Source of the DNA: Marsupella aquatica
Taxonomy: Eukaryota > Plantae > Marchantiophyta
DNA length: 64,000 nt
Assembly (NCBI GenBank): GCA_973895155.1
Contig: OZ316891.1
Coordinates: 22,519,168 to 22,583,167, forward strand
Direction: 5' to 3'
Shown: positions 1 through 12,200 of the stretch, piece after piece
Layout of the letters: the number at the start of each line of letters is the position of its first letter
Numbering within the stretch: the first letter of the stretch is position 1
The notes under the pieces: generated by a model
Told to the model about the DNA's origin: nothing
The model's database searches: none
What the model saw: only the letters and a program-made list of their open reading frames with translations
Program-made: the position numbers and the translations under genes

Positions 1-570
1 AAGCTTGGAAAGGATCTCAAATCCAAACTCTTGTTAACTCAGATGGCATACCAAAGTGTTGTTTAAATCAAATCAAAGTTTTCCACTCTAAATTTATCGG
101 GCAATTTATGTACTCTTAGAAATCCCACGTGAGCAAAACGTTTGAGATGAGGATCTAATCTAATCTCAGCTTATAGCTGAGTTTGCCACCGGCAGCCTTT
201 TTATTCAGTCTACATCCATATCACCCTAGTTGGAATGCATGTTTCAGTGGATCCCTTTCAAAAATATAGAAAACTAATGGAAGAAAACAGCTCGGAAAAC
301 TGTTTGGGATGGGGACCCTATCCAAGCTTATAGCTCTGCTTGCACATCAGCAAGAGCATCTCCGACCCTTACTGGAAAGCCTTGTTGTAACTGAGTGTTG
401 ACTCAGCAACAAAAATGCAAAAAATCATCATGTCCCTAACCTCTTCACTCTAATGCTATTGAATTTTCAGGCACTGGGTTTTTGGGTTACTAGATCTGTA
501 CATGGAAAAACCAATTATATAGTTTTGACTTTTTTTAGTTTCTGCTGGGTTAGTTGCTAGGTCTCAAGAT

Positions 571-1177
571 TGTAATCTAGGTGATGTGAAGCTCATTTCT
601 AGTGTGGAGTGATATTATACACCAAGGATTAGGGCTAGGTTTCATTTGACTATGACTAGTATTTGTAATCTAGGGTGATGTGAAGCTACTATCTAGTGTG
701 GAGTGAAACTATACACCAAGGGTTGGGGCTAAGTTGCATTTGACCATGACTAGTCCTTAGAGTAAACTAAGAAAAGGGGGTTGGCAGACTCGGTATTATT
801 CTACTTATAACCCTTGGACATGGTTGTAGAGCTCAGCTAGTGCATGAGGTCCACAGCACAGTCATCACCCAGCTGGGAAATGGGTGAGATAACTAGCTAG
901 TGCATCAACTGCTCCATAGCAAGGTCATCAGCCAGCTTCCATAACACAGTCATCACCCAACTGGGAGATAGGTGAGATAAAGAGCTAGCGCATCAACTGC
1001 TCCATAGCAAGGTCATCATCCAGCTTAATATTATTGTTTTACCTTGAAAGCCCAAAGCAGACCCATCCAACAGACCATAGTTGTTCTGCATGGTCCAGAG
1101 GATGCAATTATGTTTTCTAGCCACAAAGGGGGCAATACCCTGGTCCAGAGGATGCAATTATGTTTTCTAGCCACAAA
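571..1177. repeat. Cluster of short direct duplications (~90 bp x2, ~82 bp x2, 37 bp x2)
   Basis: tgtaatctag...tgactagt at ~571 and ~664; cacagtcatcaccc...ccagctt at ~857 and ~944; tggtccagaggatgcaattatgttttctagccacaaa at 1091 and 1141. Confidence 0.8.
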
Positions 1178-1463
1178 CTCGGGGGGTTGACTATCAAAAA
1201 TCTTGGGAACCACGTGCGATCCAAAATAGGTAATTTTGATAGAAATTAACTAAATTTTTAAAAAGCGTAGGAGGCAAAAGAAGGTATTATAAACTCATGT
1301 TTTTAGAATATTCTATAATATATACTTTTTATAAAGTAAAATAGATTATTAATATTAAAAATAAAGAATATTCTTGGAAAATTTTCTTTATAAAATAGGT
1401 CTATCTATATTAAGCTAGGATCACATGTGGTACCCCAAAATATACACTTAGTTAACCCCCCAG
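1178..1463. mobile_element. Non-autonomous hAT-like MITE (CTCGGGGG-TIR family, copy 1)
   Basis: Ends CTCGGGGGGTTGACTA ... TAGTTAACCCCCCAG; subterminal inverted ccacgtgcgatcc/ggatcacatgtgg; 8-bp TSD GCCACAAA (1170-1177, 1464-1471); AT-rich interior. Confidence 0.75.
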
Positions 1464-1570
1464 GCCACAAAGGGGGCAATACCCAGGGATCCAAAAGGGA
1501 CCAGCCAGGGGCTGAAGAGTACTCAATACTCCCACCACTACAGCCCACCCACATATACCCTCCACACCCC

Positions 1571-1571
<1 letters not shown>

Positions 1572-1600
<29 letters not shown>
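1572..1600. repeat. (TG)n microsatellite
   Basis: Run of about 14 TG units. Confidence 0.95.
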
Positions 1601-1601
<1 letters not shown>

Positions 1602-2176
1602 GGGGGAGGGGGGAATTGGAACTCAAAACTCTAGGTTAATCCAGGGGCCAACTGACCTCTGCCAGTTGCTTTCCAGCTTAAAGCGCCACTGTCCCTAAAC
1701 CTGGTGGACCAGGTTACTAAAGTAAACCAAAAATGGACTCAAAACAGTAAAAAAAAGTGTTCTATTTTGTACTTTTCCAACCTGGTGGAGAGTGGTGGCC
1801 ACAACTGCCCCTTCGTAAAGACTTTTATGACTTTTCTCTCTGTATATTTGAGTGCATTAATTTTCCATAATGCACCCTTTTTTTTGAGGAGGGGATTATA
1901 CAAAAACCATAAATATAATAAAAATAAAAATTAAATATAGTTTTACCACACAAAAAAATAATTAAATTTAGTCAAGATCTGAAGATGATAACCAAATCTT
2001 ATATGGTGATACTAATAAGATATATATGAATAGAATCTAATATACCTAAAGAATGTATATTTTTGGCCAATTTCATAGCAATCACTTCTTGGATGACCCT
2101 TTAATTTGAATTTACTATTTTAGGTATTCACTTTTCTTGTTTGTTATCGAAAAGTCACTCAAGTTTTTACGTACAT

Positions 2177-2283
2177 TAATGTCCTAATTACGGGCATTAT
2201 GAAAATATTGCCCTCAAAACTCGGGCTACTGCGCTCGTTTTTCAGGGCATTATATTCCACAATGTCCTCTAACCAGGACATTA
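2177..2283. repeat. Imperfect ~107-bp palindrome (small foldback/MITE-like)
   Basis: taatgtcct...aggacatta termini; internal arms tgccctcaaaactcg / cgtttttcagggca. Confidence 0.55.
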
Positions 2284-2380
2284 TCCTATTCAAAGAGCTA
2301 CGGGCAACTCTAGGATCCAAGTTTCACTATTAACACTAAATTTGCCCCAAACTAGTGTAGTATGTGGGCACCTTAAAGTA

Positions 2381-2520
2381 AACAAGTGAGCCAATTGTGA
2401 AAAAGGGAGAAGTCTTGGACACTTTCCCCCTATATATACGTGTGCACCTTATAGGAAAAACCTTATAGGAAACAAGTGAGCCAAATGTGAAAAAAGGGAG
2501 AAGTCTTGGACACTTCCCCC
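2381..2520. repeat. Direct duplication belonging to a dispersed repeat family
   Basis: aacaagtgagccaa..tgtgaaaaa..gggagaagtcttggacactt..cccc occurs twice; related motifs at ~29920-30010 and, inverted, at ~49520. Confidence 0.65.
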
Positions 2521-2975
2521 TAAATATGGGCACTTGTGCTTTAACATCTTCAAAGCAACGAGTCGTCGAGAATTGTGAAGCCAAAGCAAAGATGCTCAAA
2601 GCCTCTCATACTCAGCTTGGCCAAAAAGAATTTGGTTAGTGCACGAATTCAATACTTGGGCTTGTCCAGACATGCACTTGTGCTCCACGAATGGAGTGTA
2701 CGAGAGGACTGGAGTTGAATTCGTTGGCAATCTCCTCTTGACGGGACATTGTTGTGCAGAAAGCGAGCTCGGTGTAGATTTCATTGAATCCAAGGATTTG
2801 AGTTCTCAACTCCACAGCATTCCAAGCAAAATTATCGAAGTGCTGAACCGTGACTGACTTCTTTCTCCGTTCACGGCTGTTCTCATAGTCGTCGTTCCAC
2901 AGCTTCTGAATCCCTCAATTGCTGGTTCTAAAATCCATCTCTTCGACTCCGGGCTCTTCAGCGAAGGAAAGGAAA

Positions 2976-3851
2976 ATGTTCGAAGGTTTCTCGTCATTCG
3001 ACATTGAAGTCGAACTTGACATCTCCATCCACGGAATTCGGAGAGGGAACGGGCCTCCCCTGCTCCTGTTACATGGAGCTCCCCAAACGCACCACATCTG
3101 GCACCTTGTTGCTCCGCAATTGGCCTCCTCTTACGCAGTCATCGCTCTGGATCTTCGCGGTTATGGCGCCTCCTCCAAACCTCGTGGCTCAGCTTCACAT
3201 GTCGAGTACGCCAAGTCTACCATGGCGCGCGATTGCGTGGCTGTCATGAAGCAGCTAGGATATACAGAGTTCCTCGTATGTAGCCATGATCGAGGCGCCC
3301 GAGTGGCGCACAAACTTTGCATCGACTACCCGGCAGTGGTCAAGAAAGTGATGTTCCTTGATATCTGTCCCACGCTGGCGATGTACAGCAAGACGGATCA
3401 GGCTTTCGCTACGGCTTATTGGCATTGGTTCTTTCTCATCCAGGCATCCCCATTTCCGGAAGAGATGATTCTGGCTAATCCAAACTTGCTCGCTGACCAG
3501 TATTTCGGGAAGGGTCCGATGGGAACTTTTGATCAGGAGGCCGTGAAGGAGTATGTTAGGCAGATGGGAGATAGGGACAGTGTGCACGGCATGTGTGAGG
3601 ATTACAGGGCGGGGGCGACCGTGGATTTGGCTGAACAAAGAAACGACATCGAGCGAGGGAGGAAAATCAGGTGCCCGGTTAGGGTCCTATGGGGTGCAAA
3701 GGGAGTGGTGGGGAGGCTATTTGATGCGTTGACAGATTGGAGGGAGGTCTCAGACGGGAGCGTTGACGGCGAGGCCCTGGACTGTGGACACTATATTCCG
3801 GAGGAGAAGCCGGAGGACGTCGTCAGGCACGTTAGAGAGTTCTTTGTGTGA
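2976..3851 (+). CDS. Fluoroacetate/haloacetate dehalogenase-family alpha/beta hydrolase, intronless, 291 aa
   Basis: ATG at 2976 (MFEGFSSFD...). Motifs HGAPQT, DLRGYG, HDRGARV (nucleophile Asp plus two Arg), LDICPT, YWHWFF, CEDYRAGA, CGHYIPEE. Confidence 0.92.
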   Translation: MFEGFSSFDIEVELDISIHGIRRGNGPPLLLLHGAPQTHHIWHLVAPQLASSYAVIALDLRGYGASSKPRGSASHVEYAKSTMARDCVAVMKQLGYTEFLVCSHDRGARVAHKLCIDYPAVVKKVMFLDICPTLAMYSKTDQAFATAYWHWFFLIQASPFPEEMILANPNLLADQYFGKGPMGTFDQEAVKEYVRQMGDRDSVHGMCEDYRAGATVDLAEQRNDIERGRKIRCPVRVLWGAKGVVGRLFDALTDWREVSDGSVDGEALDCGHYIPEEKPEDVVRHVREFFV

Positions 3852-6396
3852 CTTGGGAATCCGTTGATCAGTCAATCCGTTGAGAAGTCGGAAATTCTGG
3901 ATTAGCTGTCACTAAATGAGGTCCGATCTGTGGTAAGTTTGGACCTCGAACACTTGATATGTATGCAGAAGGTTGAATCTCCTGTCTTGTTTTGCCTGGC
4001 GGCCTAGAATCGGGTTGGAAGAGCATCATAAATTATGTTTGCAGAAGTAGAGACGGAAAGTAGATTAACACGAAGGTGTATCTCGATCTGTGCTCCAGGC
4101 TGCCTTACATAAACCTGAAAGTGGATCATCACTTGATGGGACAGACCCAATCGCCTGAAACCGGTGCTGTTGGAGTGATATCGCCCGTGCTTGCTGCAGT
4201 CCAATTGTCATTGGAGAGTTGTCGTGTGGCTGGCCGCCATCATCTTCCTCCTTCAACAACCTCGCGTACGATGACTCTCAAACCCTCAGAAGACTCCGCA
4301 GGATGTCACGTACCTTTGCTTAGATAGGTTTCGTGGATTAGCTTTAGTTCTATAACTAGACAAATGACTTTCTGATATGCCAGATGAGCATGTACCTTGG
4401 TAGATATCCTGGAGATATACAACCATCAAAATGTCTATGTCCCACATGTGTAAATTGGAACAATTGTGACGTACTTATGACCACTCTTCGTACGACATAC
4501 GTGCTTGTAAGATTTCTCAATTTTTTCCGTTCTTCAGGATTCTTCAGGTACTTATTTCTCACATGATCTCGGGGAGTATTATGAAATTTCCCAAAAATGT
4601 TGAATGTTAAGTAGATCGAATTTTCTCTGCAGGGAACTATGAAAATCTCTTTCTTCTTCATATTCGTGATTTTTGACCAGTCATTGATTTAGGCATTCGA
4701 GTTCCAACAAGAAGCGGGGGGCAGTATCACAGTTACGCGTTTCGGCTTTGGCTAATCTACCGGTCAGACGACCAGGGCTTGAGACAAATTGAGGCTTAGT
4801 GGGTGCACGGCGCACTATACTTGTCCGCCAAATACAGAACGCAGTCTCTTACCTCGTTAGGAGGGAGTATGTACTTATTTCTATAGTTGTTGATATTTAC
4901 TTCTAGCTATGGGCTTCATGTGCTTTTTGGCAATCTTTGGCAATGTGAGATTACAACATTCGGAAATCGCTCGTTTGTCTGGAAGTTGTTCGCTGTCTTA
5001 TCCCTAGAGAAACCTGGAGAGGCACAATTCTGAACTTCAAATTTGGCCTAAGCCATCGATACCACCTTCTTGAATTTGATTCCTATGCAAGACTGCTTAA
5101 TGAATGGGCAGGGACTACATCGTTTGACGACCTTCTGATCTTGGATTTGCAAACGAAGTGCGTTAAAGTGTGAGGCTGATTGGTTGACACAGGCTCCCTC
5201 TCCTTGTATATTCTGTTTAAATTGTCAGTCCATCGAAAACTGACGTATTAAAAGTAAATCAAATCCAAAAAGAGCTGATTCTAATGTATAAACTAACCCA
5301 TTTGAGACGAATTACTGCAGTGTACAGCGCTTCTAGTATGCACACGAACATATAATCACTTCTCAGGGTCATTCATACGAAATTTTCATCTTCACATGGA
5401 AGCCACACTATCCAAAACCCTTTCGGAGAAAAGTCCGGACTGTCTGAAAGATGCAGTACTACTTTTGGAAGGGTGGAAAGTACTTGGCATCAATTGCTGG
5501 AATGGAGAGGAATGTCTTTTAATCTTACGAAGCTGGCAAACTGAGATTAAATGTTCGGAGCCAACTCGCCCTCGCCTGAAGGGTGTCGAGTGAGGGGCAC
5601 AGCAAGGAAATGTCTCCAGACAATATTGGAACCACTCTTGGTGCACTGATGGTAAGGGCGATCTTGCAAGTGCAGAGTCCTTGAGTTTCTGGCCCTCCAC
5701 TGAACCGGTGGCATTCCAGCATTGACCTCCTCTTTAGGCGTCCCTGATGGCATATGTGGTGGATCACCAAGGGCAAGGGCCGGAAACTTTCCAGCTCTTA
5801 GACGTCCCGAACCTTGTACATTGAATAAAACAAGAGAGGGTTCACGCTTAGCAAAGTGGCAGATTTCGGTGGACTGCTGACGGCCGTATTAGAAAGGGCT
5901 CTTGACATGCAAGACGGCCCTAAATGTTTTTGTGCAGCGTAGTACAAGTCAGGGTGCAGAGTGAAATCTAAAACCCCAATAAATGTCCATTCATTCAACG
6001 ACAGGCATCATCAAAACGTTTACACGAAGCAAGAGATACCAAGGTTGGGTCACGAGTAATCCAATTTAAGTAGGTAATTAGAGCCCTTGGAGCTACATCC
6101 GGAACTTCAGGCACTTCGGCTCGAGACATAAGTGCAAATTGTGAGCCAATGTAGCAGGGTACACGTCCAGAATTAGAAATGTGATTCGAAACTTTGCCAG
6201 AGCGCAATGTTCTCATGGAGGGTACAACATTCCACTCGATGTCTACATGACAAGGACCAGATTGCGAAGTCCCACATGAGGGAATACATTATCTCACAAG
6301 AGTTTCAACGGGGTCTTTACAGATTCACAGATGCTCTTCACAGTTCGTACTTTTACATGTCTAATGATACACCAGATGCACACGTCTCTGGAATTC

Positions 6397-9221
6397 TCAG
6401 TAATATACACCATATACAAGGTACACAATTGGGATGACCACCAAAATGATACTGGCTATCGATGGGAATATCTTTTCTTTCTCAAATGCTCCTTTGACGC
6501 TTCCACTGGTCTTGAAGTGTTCGTATCCCAAGTATGCCGCTAGGGCAAGAGTTGCGATAGCAGCTGGTGTGCTTCCTCTGCAATATTCCATCCAATTCCA
6601 GTTTTCTTCATTTAGAATACGACTGCTTTCTCGTGCCTCATTACATCACGTTTGACCTGAAGCTGTTACTACTTACTCACAAATGCCTTTAGGACGAGGA
6701 TAGAAATCAAACAACTATCACCAATCAAAGATTAGGGGCACAACGTTTCAATGAGAATCATGTACGGATTCTTGCCTGTACTGGGTAAGATGGCGTGGAG
6801 CAGTAATGACGAGAAGCAGGAGATACAGAGGTAACTCCAGCTCACCTGCATTTACCCACTCTTTGATTTGAGAAACCAAAACTAGAATAGCAACAACAGT
6901 GATGAACATTTTGGAGAGTGCGCAGCAAAAGAAAAATATTCTCAAGCACAAATGTCTAGTAAGAGAACCATGATATAGCCAGAAAGGCTCATTGAAGTCA
7001 AAGTGTTCCTTGTGGAGTTTCAAATGGAGATACACAGAAGAAAATGATCAAGCATTTTCATTTCGCAGATTTATGCACTTACCCATGGGTCGTCTTGCAC
7101 TTTACTTCAAATTCAACAACAATTGCAAATGTGATAATAGGGCTATACAAGGCTCAAGACACATCTAGGTACTGGATGGCTCGAAGATGTGCTTACGGGA
7201 GAGCAGGTTAGTATCCAACCCCGACCCGAAAAAACCGATCAGCGGTTTCAAAATTTCCCAGTTATTCATAGAAGATCTATTAGTATCTGGGTCCCCACCT
7301 CGTAAGTTCATACAAACAGCATAACTCACACTGGAGACCTGAGTCGGATGCGCGGAAAACGGCTTCAGGAGTCTTTCCAAAGGTGACAATTACGAACCTG
7401 GAATATGATAGAAAAGCTTGACGGCAAGTGCTACGAAAGCGGTCCACAAACCATAGTCTCCTCTGTTGATCCACAACAAGCTTAAAAGTAAGCCCAACAG
7501 TATTCTGACCCCTACTTTCATCAGGCAAGCAGAGCCTATAACAGACAAAAGGATACGCTGAGAAACATCCACGAAACAAGTGAAACAGTAGACAATGGTT
7601 TCTTACTTGATCCAGCTAAGGGCGTCACGGGGAATTTCCAATGCCAGCAAAGGTACCAAGAACTGCTTTGGAATGGAAACGTTCTTGATAAAAAGCAGAA
7701 CTCTGCACACATCCCGAACCAGAATCCTTGTCACCGATTGGTCCCTCCAACTAACTACTGCGTCAATTGTCACCGCACGTCTTATGTGGACATAACTCTT
7801 TTGTGCCAACAGTGCAAATGCGTTTTGGGCTAATAGACTAAGTAGCGCTTAGGGTGATAGGCAGGGCGTTCCAATCAAATGATGCGTGCTGGAAACAATG
7901 GTCAGTGCGACAAACACTTGATGGACAACTAACTACATTTCCCTTGCAGAAACGGTCACCTACGAGGCAGCAGCCACAAAGGCCCATCGAAGAGTTTCTG
8001 GTGAAACAGGAAGGGCGCAGACAGTTCCCAGAGCACCGCCTCCGCATCCTTTGCTCAGGTTCCAGACGCCAATTTGCTGTCCTTGGATGGACGACGATAC
8101 AAACCTGCAAGCCGTTCCAGCAGCAGGGTCTTGGTCAGCACTCACGTACCAACACAGAACACTCTAATTCAGCAAGGAAGTCTCTCCAGTACTTTATTGA
8201 GAGTACTTTTGAGATCAGATCTCTTTCAGCCCAGGTTAAACGTAACAAGAACGGGGAACATGAAAAGGACCATGTGACAGACACACCCATAGCAAATGTA
8301 ACCGTTCCCCTTTGAATGAGAGGCCAACGAGACAAACATGTGAACGTCTGTTAGCAAATTCCGTAACCCCACGAGCTGATATCCTAGATAGAGCGACATT
8401 GACATGCCATGACTGGCGTACCGGACTGCAAGCTCGTCTTTGTCCTGAGCTCAATCCCAGGTGAAATTCTAATTGGCTGCGTAGATCGATACAGAGAAGG
8501 AGATCGACTCAAGAAAAGATAAGCTTTCCCCACGAAGACTGCATCCCTCAGGCGTGTAAGTCTAGTATCCTCGAGATTTAGACTATCCGCGTAGCTGGAT
8601 ATAGCAACAACTTTGTCCTGATATCACTTGGAGCCTCAGTATGAGGAGCTTAGTCTAAATGGGTTTAGTCTTGTCTACAAGATGAGCATACCGACTTGGA
8701 CTCAAGCCAGTCTCGTCTAATTGAAGCTCAGACTTCAAGGAAATCTAAACCATTAAAGAATAACATGAACTATCCCAGGGCAGTTCTCATATATGTCACG
8801 ACGATAATTTAGTCTCGTGTGCTACTTGATGGCAATGAGGCTGCGATAACCAATGGCCAGCACCTCGATGAGAGGAGCTCAACTTCCCACTCTGCCCGCC
8901 ATGCAGCCTACTTGCCGAGCTTACACCACAACTACGGTCCACAATGACCAGTTCAGCGAGGCCCAACTAAAATCGGCGAACTTCTACTCAGCTGCAGCTT
9001 CCTGTCCTCGATGAGTATGATGGATAGATGGCTTACCCAAATGAAGTTGCTGGCGGCGACAGAGTTCTGACTTTCGATTGCATAATTCGAGAATTCCGAC
9101 CAGCTCCTCCACGGGGAACGCTTGCGCAGCATTGTGAAGCTCTAGGCCTGCTGGTACTGGCCGAGAGGGCGAAGGAGGAAAGGCCAACGCATGCAGGGGC
9201 TTGAAGTACTGATGTTGCCAT
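6397..9221 (-). CDS. COR413IM: Cold-regulated 413 plastid inner-membrane protein (WCOR413 family), 6 exons, 245 aa
   Basis: Exons 9221-9037, 8104-7964, 7702-7607, 7462-7398, 6845-6776, 6577-6397 splice in phase (738 nt). Ser/Ala/Arg-rich transit-peptide-like N-terminus, then ...VPLLALEIPRDALSWIKGDYGLWTAFVALAVKLFYHIPGELELPLYLLLLVITAP...YEHFKTSGSVKGAFEK, matching COR413-IM. Confidence 0.9.
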
Positions 9222-12200
9222 AATTGCTGGACAACCGAACTGATGGGAGGTTGCAGCAGCAAGAGAAGAAGAAGGACGACAAGACTGGAGCTGAATCGAA
9301 GAAAATAATGGGAAGCCCAGAGGCAGAGTGGCCGAAGCTATAAGAAGGAGGTGAACGCCACAGAAGTTCTATGAATCGATGTTCCTTTGGAGGAGAGCCA
9401 AATACGTGACTAACAACTCATCGAATACAAACTGCCGCCTCCCATTCACGTGGAAAAGTGTTTCCCGCTGTCCTTGCCCATCAACTCTGAACTCGGTGAA
9501 CGTGTGTGACGAGGTAAATCTCTGGGGAATCCGTGAATCGAGGACAGTTGCAAGAAGGAGTAAAATTTCGGGGAATCCAAAAAAGTTGTGAGAGAAGCAG
9601 TACAGTACATTTACATGTCCTGTTGATTGCACATCTCGAATGGATATTGGGTAACGTCATCTGAACCTGATCAGGGAGACATATCTGGACGGATACCAAG
9701 GCATTGCGAGCACCAAAAAACAGAACACAATAGGGTGCTGGACCTGGTGGTATATATGCGACAACAGGGGCTAGCTAAAAACCTGTCGAAACAAACCAAG
9801 CCAGCCCTCTATCCACTCTACAGTAGCGGTTTCTGGCACCTCGGATTTCTCGATCCTCCCTGGGAACAGTCGACCTCCAGCTTTCTGTAGATTTGTCATC
9901 TTCATTATAAATTTCATTTCCAAGGCAAGACGAACACAAAACGATAGAACCATAAACCATGAAATTGTCTGGTGCCACATCTCACTAGAAGCATAGGATT
10001 GGAATGCACATTGGCCGGGCTTTAACAATTTCTCATATGTTCTCCTGAATCACTTAGATTCATCAGTAAGTATTTTTAGTCACCTCCTGGAGAAAACCTA
10101 TGAACACCAGCCATTTTTTTGACTAAATTGCTTAGGCGGAAATTCGCTCTAAAGGCTTTATACAATACTCAACACTCCCCATAAACCAAGGAGCATACAA
10201 CAAGAATGGTAAGGGTAGATGTCTCCAAGGCACAAACAAACATATTAGGTACACATTGTGACCTGCCCCCAAAGTTATTCAAAATTACATAAATATTCTT
10301 AAAACCTTTGGAATGTGCATGAATGATTTGTCCAAAACCACAAAAACTTGGAAAGTACTTTTCTTGACGCCTCTAATTGGGATCCCAGTGTCTGAGGCTG
10401 TAAATTTGGAGGGGCACTTACACTGTATAATTTTTCCTACATTAATTTTCATTTTCTGAAGAATTCATGGTCGGCATGTGTTCAATCAGAGAGCATCAAC
10501 TCAACTGGCGGAATGCTTTCAAAACCAATTTACTAGAGTAAGACATAGAGGAAAGCGGAATTTCGTGTGTAGCGATAAAATGCAAAAATATACGAAGGAA
10601 CGCCAAAAGCGAAGGCAGCTTTCTTGTTCTTTAACCGACGCTGAAGTGCCGCCCTGGGAACGTGTCGGTGGTGCCGCCCATGAACCATATTCGAATTAGG
10701 GGTGTCGCCGGCCGGCAGGCGCTGCGCACTGCAAGTGAAAATTGGAAACCTATCGCAGGTTAACCATCTGCCCTGCGGGTTACTCGCTCCGCTGAAGTCA
10801 TCTCTACGAAGTGGAAGGAAAAACACTGAGAGAAACTTACTCAATTCTTGAACCAAATTCGTTTTATGTGTGTTTGGTTTACCTATTATCAACATCTTGC
10901 CCGTTGTATATTTCGAGGTCCGAGGGTCGAGACCTGCGGTAGTTTTGCGTACTCGAGATGACGAATTACAGGTTCAAGATCCCCGTACGCATTCCATTTT
11001 GAAAACAAATTTTTTTTGGACGTGACACTCAAATATCGTAAGGGGCGGCGAAGCACCTCAATTACGAACTATGAAAAAGTTGTCCCTTTTTTATGGAAAT
11101 TTACCAATAAGAAAGCGTCAAAGGGCTAAAACACGCACTTATATGGATTAAAAAAACATGTAGAACCCCCCCAGGCAATTGTTCCATTACAAAATCTCAT
11201 TTGCTGGTGAAGCATGCAGCTTAATACCCCAATTCCACCCAAGTCCAATTGACCTTTTTGGACTGCATTCTCCAAACCTTTTGGACAGAATGGAAAAGTC
11301 GTTTGAACTGGGCCGAGCTGATTTGAGCTGACCTGAGCTCTGCCCAAACCAGATAGAGGTCATAAATCAGCTGGAGCGAGTCTCGTCAGCACACCTCAGA
11401 ATAGTTATGTAAGGGTAAAGAAGGGAGGCGTAAAAAGTGGGGTTCTGCTGTATCGAGCATGTAACCAATAGAATTGAGAGCACAAGAGAACTGATAGACA
11501 TGACCCTTCTCATCCACACCGTGCCAATCAGAGAGCAGGAATCCCACCGTAAAACTGCTCACCAATCTCCTGAAACCCAATAAGAAGTGTCCGAAAGGCT
11601 TAGCTGACTCATTGGGCAGTCCGTTCACTCCATTATTATTCGATTCACCATCTTGCAGAGCAGGAAGAAATTGCTGCAGTCCATTATTCCCCTGTTCTAC
11701 AGTATGATTGTACGCCACAGCAACAGTAGCTTTGAGGTAAATTTATCGACTTTGTTAATTGGATGGTGGCGATGGTGTAATGGACTCATCGAACAGGTCA
11801 ATTGGAAAATCCATCGGTCATTATTGAATCGTTCGATAAATCCTTAGACCCGAAGGGACGAAGATGCGAGATAAGAATCTGGATCAAATGTCTCACTAAT
11901 CTATTCCATTGGATTTACGTGTGAGGGAACGATTGGTGTGTCCTCTGGACAAGATCCCATCAATTTGTCAACACGTGTTATACTCACCATAATCGGGTAA
12001 ATTGTATGACTAGCACTAATTCTAACTTCAGTGATCCAACAGATTCACAGAGAACACTGTTACTCTCCAACTACAATAGTTTACCATGCTGTAACAAAAA
12101 CAAGTTTTTCCCAAGATTGACCATTCTTCTTCAATGATAATCATAAATGCTGGTGTGAATTTAGGCAAACATTTTTTTAATTTTAGATTGCCACTAAGAA

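Noticed and set aside
4000-6390. Scattered short ORFs and splice-donor-like sites downstream of COR413IM
   Set aside because: Could not be assembled into a coherent in-phase gene; may be UTR or intergenic.
11386-11718. 110-aa minus-strand ORF (MAYNHTVEQGNN...)
   Set aside because: No recognisable motif or supporting exon structure; cannot be supported.
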